A stretch of DNA of 20,000 nucleotides from an uncultured virus (IMG/VR IMGVR_UViG_3300031227_000030). Lineage: Duplodnaviria > Heunggongvirae > Uroviricota > Caudoviricetes. How positions within the stretch are numbered: the stretch's first letter is position 1; every line of letters begins with the position of its first letter. Shown one piece after another: positions 16,454 through 20,000 of the stretch. Where the stretch lies: IMG/VR virus record IMGVR_UViG_3300031227_000030. One strand, given 5' to 3'. A model generated the notes under the pieces. It ran no database searches. It was not told where the DNA came from and worked only from the letters and a program-made list of their open reading frames with translations. A program made the position numbers and the translations under genes.

Positions 16454-16855
16454 CTATTTCTCCTTAGTATTGTTTCCTAATTTCTCTAATTCTTCCTTTA
16501 ATTTAAGATTAATCTTAAGTTTGTCAAATTTATGTATCTTAGAACCTTCGTCAATTAAAAATTCGATACTTTTATTGAGAGAAAGTAGGCATAATTTAAT
16601 AAATTGATAAAAATTTTCTATTTTTTCGAAAGAATCAATTTTTAGTTTCACTAAGTTAATGAAATTAGTTGTTAAAAGAAAAGAGACTCTTTCAGAAATC
16701 TCTACTTTATCCTCTATTGTAGATAAAGTGGCATTTGAGACAATTTTAAGTGTTTCAGTAATTTCTGAGATTAAAGCTTCGGGAATCTCTGTTTGTTCAA
16801 AATCATCTTTTAAAAATTCTTCCATACTAATTACATGATCTGTCTTTTTTCCCAT
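16454..16855 (-). CDS. Hypothetical helical protein
   Basis: 133 aa with SD AAGGA, abutting the next gene. Confidence 0.75.
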   Translation of the reverse strand: MGKKTDHVISMEEFLKDDFEQTEIPEALISEITETLKIVSNATLSTIEDKVEISERVSFLLTTNFINLVKLKIDSFEKIENFYQFIKLCLLSLNKSIEFLIDEGSKIHKFDKLKINLKLKEELEKLGNNTKEK

Positions 16856-16870
16856 ATTTTTATCCTTCTA

Positions 16871-17293
16871 TTAGTCTACATTGAACAATTCTATAAATTT
16901 TTTTGTCATAATTTTTAATGTGTTTATTTTTGCCCAGATAAGTTCTTCTTGTATATCCATTTCTATCGGCAATTCTTTGTAGTATTGGAAAAGTTCATTA
17001 ATAGTTTTATTTAAATGACTAAGGAAAGAGTTAGCTGGATCTTTTTTTTCTTCTTTAGAGAAGTTTGATTTAGCTTCTATTTTTTGAGTTATTCTATCTG
17101 CCTCTATAATTTGTTTTTGACTTTCTGGAAGAGTATCTATTGGGTTAATTTGCATAGATAGATCTAGGGGGGGGTTTAATTGGTTATCTTGGAAATTAGG
17201 GGGGGATACAGTCTCAAATAAAGCCTTCTTTTTTTTATTTGTACTTCCCTTTGGTCTTCCCCTTCCTCTTTTTTTTATAATAATTTCTTCCAT
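16871..17293 (-). CDS. AT-hook-containing protein
   Basis: N-terminal KKRGRGRPKGSTNKKK is a canonical AT-hook (RGRP core with basic flanks), followed by a disordered linker and a helical C-terminus. Confidence 0.75.
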   Translation of the reverse strand: MEEIIIKKRGRGRPKGSTNKKKKALFETVSPPNFQDNQLNPPLDLSMQINPIDTLPESQKQIIEADRITQKIEAKSNFSKEEKKDPANSFLSHLNKTINELFQYYKELPIEMDIQEELIWAKINTLKIMTKKFIELFNVD

Positions 17294-17401
17294 TAGTCTA
17301 CCCCCAGACTATTTGTTTTCTTTATAATTTCTTAAGAAATTAAGCATGGTTTTTGGAATTAACTTATTTAAGTTCTTCTATTTCATAAGTAAGCGGAAAA
17401 A

Positions 17402-17824
17402 CTAAGTATTTTCTATAGTTTCTTTATTTTCTTGAGTATCTTTTATTTCTTCAGATTGTCCGATTTTTTCGGAATTATTTTTTTTAAAGATTAAAGGCTG
17501 GAGGATAACTGGGTTAGTCATTGGCCGACCTTTTTTTCTTGGAAGGAACATTTCTTGGCCATGATTGTTCGGGGGGATCTCTCTCTCATTCTCTGGAGCT
17601 TTAATCTCAGGATCTAAAATTTTCAATTCCACTAAATAGTTCTGCCAAGCCCTACTCATATATTGGCGACACATAATCCAGCGGTTAATTTGAACAGAGT
17701 TTGTCCCTGCTAAAATCGCTAAATTATATTGAGTAATTCCCTTTTTACTAAGATATTTCTTCAATTGATAAGAAATTGAGAAAATATCTAAAAGTGGAGT
17801 TTTAAGATTAAAGGTTTTCTCCAT
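17402..17824 (-). CDS. XRE/Cro-like HTH protein with a C-terminal AT-hook-like motif
   Basis: GITQYNLAILAGTNSVQINRW fits an HTH, and PRKKGRP is AT-hook-like. SD AAGGAG. Confidence 0.75.
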   Translation of the reverse strand: MEKTFNLKTPLLDIFSISYQLKKYLSKKGITQYNLAILAGTNSVQINRWIMCRQYMSRAWQNYLVELKILDPEIKAPENEREIPPNNHGQEMFLPRKKGRPMTNPVILQPLIFKKNNSEKIGQSEEIKDTQENKETIENT

Positions 17825-18113
17825 TTATTTCTCCTTGTTTTATAGCATTTTTTGTTTGTTTCTTTGAAATAGGTAAGGATTTATATTCATCAGGAGTTTC
17901 TATCTTAGAATCTAGCATTTCTAATCTAATAAGGTGACGTTGCCAAATAGCAGACATTCTGGATTTTCCCATCACCCATCTATTTAACTGAGAAATATTC
18001 ACTTCTAAAAAATGAGCTAATTGAGCTTGAGTTAAACATTGTTTTGCTAAATATCTCCTTATTTGATAAGAGATATCAATTGCTGACATTCTTCTGAAAA
18101 TTTCTTGCATCAT
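17808..18113 (-). CDS. XRE/Cro-like HTH protein, paralog of the downstream gene
   Basis: LTQAQLAHFLEVNISQLNRWVMGKSRMS fits an HTH. Start moved to ATG 18113 (SD GAGG). Confidence 0.8.
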   Translation of the reverse strand: MMQEIFRRMSAIDISYQIRRYLAKQCLTQAQLAHFLEVNISQLNRWVMGKSRMSAIWQRHLIRLEMLDSKIETPDEYKSLPISKKQTKNAIKQGEINGENL

Positions 18114-18167
18114 AATATTTCCTCTCAATAAAAAATATCTTAAAAATTATCATTTGTTATTAAGATA

Positions 18168-18196
18168 AATATAAACTAAAACAAATATTTAGGCAA
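18168..18196 (-). promoter_or_regulatory. Sigma70-type promoter for the HTH/AT-hook operon
   Basis: TTGCCT (18196-18191), 17-bp spacer, TATATT (18173-18168), just downstream of a terminator. Confidence 0.6.
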
Positions 18197-18228
18197 GAGA
18201 ATTATAGGCCTTTTTTTTATTAAAAGGC

Positions 18229-18258
18229 AAAAAAAAAGCAGCCCGAAGGCTGCCTTTT
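18229..18258 (-). terminator. Intrinsic terminator with a C(UUCG)G tetraloop
   Basis: On the minus strand, GCAGCC-TTCG-GGCTGC (18253-18238) followed by T9. The + strand hairpin is followed by CTTTT, so it may be bidirectional. Confidence 0.9.
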
Positions 18259-18303
18259 AGTCTGTAAAAACTCTATAGAATTTTTAATTTTAATCTTTTA
18301 GAG

Positions 18304-19560
18304 TTAGTTTTCCCACTCATTTATAAAAGTATATTTTGCCCAATCATAGTTTTTTGGTCCTCCTTTTGGCTCAACAAATAGAGTTGGAACTTTTTGCTTA
18401 GGTAATGTGCTTCCATCATATCCATCAGTAAATATTACACAAACATCTTGCTTGTCTTTTTCTACTTGTTTAAATGCGTCAACAAAATCTGTCCCGCCTC
18501 CTCCTTTTAAATTTGGCTTAGTATTTTTATTGAATTTATATTTCTGATGAACTATTGAATCACATTCATATACCATAATATTTGGAAAAGAAGTTTTTAA
18601 TCTATTTAATTCTGTCCATATTTTACCCAAGATTTCTTGGCTCATAGACCCAGAAGTATCAATAATTACGCTACAACTTAATTTGTAGTCTTTTTTCAAG
18701 CCAGAATAGTAGTACCCAAATCTTCTGTTTGGTTTTTTCCTAGTAGACTTAATTTTGACTTCTGTAGCATAATTTAAGAACTTCTTTAATACATTCTCCC
18801 AATGTATCAGAGGTTTTAAGCAATCATTTATCATTCTCTGTATTCCTGATGGCAAATTTCCTCGACATTCTGACGGTGTCTTTTCTAGAGCTTTTTTAAT
18901 AGTCTGTTGAATTTTCTCATGAACATACTGGCTGTCATTTGTTGTGGATAAATCTGCGTCTTCCCAAATTTGATGCTCATCTACTGTTCCATGACATTGT
19001 GAGGAACTTTCTCCGTTAGAGTTTTCTCCGTTAGAGTTTTCTCCTTCACCATTTTCCTCACCATCTCCTCCCTTACCTTCCACCATATTTTTTACTTTCT
19101 GCATATCTTCGTCTCTTAATTTATTGTAGTAAAATTCTGTTGTTTGATTATCTGGGAGATCGAAATGTTGCGGTAAAAATCCTCCATTTTTCTTTAACTC
19201 TTCATTATAGATGGGTAAATCTGGGATATATTGATTTATAGCAATATCTGCAGCAATATTAAACTTCATTTTATTCATCTCTTTTTGGTATCGTTCTAAA
19301 TGCCCATTTATTAAATGAAGAACTTCATGCTCAAGAACTGCTGCCCTTTCTTTTGGAGTTAAAGATTCTAGAAACTTTTTATTAACCAGTAAATTTATTT
19401 CACTAGAAACTCCTACCCCCAAAGTGGGGATAGAAGTTGTGTAGCTTCTTTTCATACCCATTAATACGTGGGCATAAAATGGCTTTTTTACTAAAAGCCT
19501 CCAAACTGTAGATTGTAAAGGATCTATAGTTTTATCCTCTATCATATCTTTTGCTTCCAT
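18304..19560 (-). CDS. HExxH metallopeptidase-like + VWA domain protein (DUF2201-type)
   Basis: KPFY...IPTLGV, LEHEVLHLINGH and FNIAADIAINQ in the N-domain. MIDAS IIDTSGSM, GGGTDF and IFTDG in the VWA domain. SD GAGGAGG. Confidence 0.9.
   Translation of the reverse strand: MEAKDMIEDKTIDPLQSTVWRLLVKKPFYAHVLMGMKRSYTTSIPTLGVGVSSEINLLVNKKFLESLTPKERAAVLEHEVLHLINGHLERYQKEMNKMKFNIAADIAINQYIPDLPIYNEELKKNGGFLPQHFDLPDNQTTEFYYNKLRDEDMQKVKNMVEGKGGDGEENGEGENSNGENSNGESSSQCHGTVDEHQIWEDADLSTTNDSQYVHEKIQQTIKKALEKTPSECRGNLPSGIQRMINDCLKPLIHWENVLKKFLNYATEVKIKSTRKKPNRRFGYYYSGLKKDYKLSCSVIIDTSGSMSQEILGKIWTELNRLKTSFPNIMVYECDSIVHQKYKFNKNTKPNLKGGGGTDFVDAFKQVEKDKQDVCVIFTDGYDGSTLPKQKVPTLFVEPKGGPKNYDWAKYTFINEWEN
19008..19044. 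repeat. 15-bp tandem repeat (about 2.5 copies) encoding a GENSN linker
   Basis: TTTCTCCGTTAGAGT at 19008 and 19023, plus a partial copy at 19038. Confidence 0.85.
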
Positions 19561-19577
19561 GTTCTGCCTCCTCTTAT

Positions 19578-20000
19578 CTAGACAATTTGATTTAACGGGG
19601 TTTCTACAATCATGAAATCTTTAGACAAATTATAACTCCTAATCCATTCGTCAATTTTAAGAGCGACTTTTTCATGCTCTTCTTCTAGAAATTCTGCAGA
19701 ATACTCAAATTTAAAGTCTGGAATTAAAAACCTCAAAAATTTAGAAGCAAATCCTACAGGATTCTTTTTCTTCTTAGTATTTTTTTCAAAATACTTATTA
19801 AAATCACTTTTAAACTTCATTCTCATATCCTCTGGAATTTGTTTGTTAATTAATTGACCTAAATTTATTCCAGAGATAAGTTCTTCTATTTGTTTCCATT
19901 GGTTATCTTTTCGGTAAGAATATCTTGTCTTATTTGTTATGCTAGAAATTGCTTCTTGAATTCTCTGACCTTCTTCTTCCCCAAAAATATGGGTGAAACA
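19578..20000 (-). CDS. Hypothetical protein, 5'-partial
   Basis: The 19826 ORF frame is open to the window edge (CFTHIFGEEEGQRIQEAISS...IPEDMRMK), so the real start lies beyond 20000. Confidence 0.75.
   Translation of the reverse strand, partial: CFTHIFGEEEGQRIQEAISSITNKTRYSYRKDNQWKQIEELISGINLGQLINKQIPEDMRMKFKSDFNKYFEKNTKKKKNPVGFASKFLRFLIPDFKFEYSAEFLEEEHEKVALKIDEWIRSYNLSKDFMIVETPLNQIV

Larger units (their letters stand above)
1..20000. mobile_element. Tailed phage (contractile-tail, myovirus-type) genome segment
   Basis: Baseplate J, gp25-like, gpI-like and fibre genes plus holin and spanins on +. Dense small ORFs, SNF2 and VWA genes converge on -. No host housekeeping genes. Confidence 0.92.

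Noticed and set aside
1088..17404. TAG reassignment (genetic code 15), suggested by in-frame TAG junctions at 3011 and 8321 and an in-frame TAG-only path from 17404 to the 17293 start
   Set aside because: Long genes (1180, 641, 586, 569 aa) are fully open in the standard code. Coding density is already high, and other TAG stops (16456, 19580) are followed by out-of-frame genes with their own SD.
17402..18113. Toxin-antitoxin pair or lysogeny switch
   Set aside because: Both genes are co-oriented paralogous HTH proteins. No toxin fold, peptidase domain, divergent promoters or integrase is seen.
18208..18305. Extra inverted repeats flanking the terminator (GCCTTTT...AAAAGGC and AACTCTA...TAGAGTT)
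   Set aside because: Short AT-rich stems with no independent evidence of function.

Overview
AT-rich 20 kb segment of a tailed phage with a contractile tail (myovirus-type); the two-component spanin points to a Gram-negative host. Positions 1-12918 (+ strand) hold a late block: a partial tail/baseplate gene, a tube-initiator/LysM/gp25-like fusion, an enlarged baseplate-J protein, a P2 gpI-like wedge protein, two fibre-type genes, a likely holin, a separately promoted fibre/decoration protein, a cryptic frameshifted gene and overlapping i-/o-spanins. No endolysin is recognisable. Positions 12924-20000 (- strand) hold small hypotheticals, an SNF2-family helicase, an AT-hook protein, two paralogous XRE-type HTH proteins and an HExxH-metallopeptidase/VWA protein. 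The most unusual locus is 12173-12461, which the ORF track misses. There a strong start gives a 24-aa cationic peptide, or a 92-aa SH3-like protein through a -1 shift at an A10/A-AAA-AAG site. Its SD and AUG can be sequestered by a long-range helix that has a competing alternative fold. All protein family calls are motif recognition by eye, not database results.
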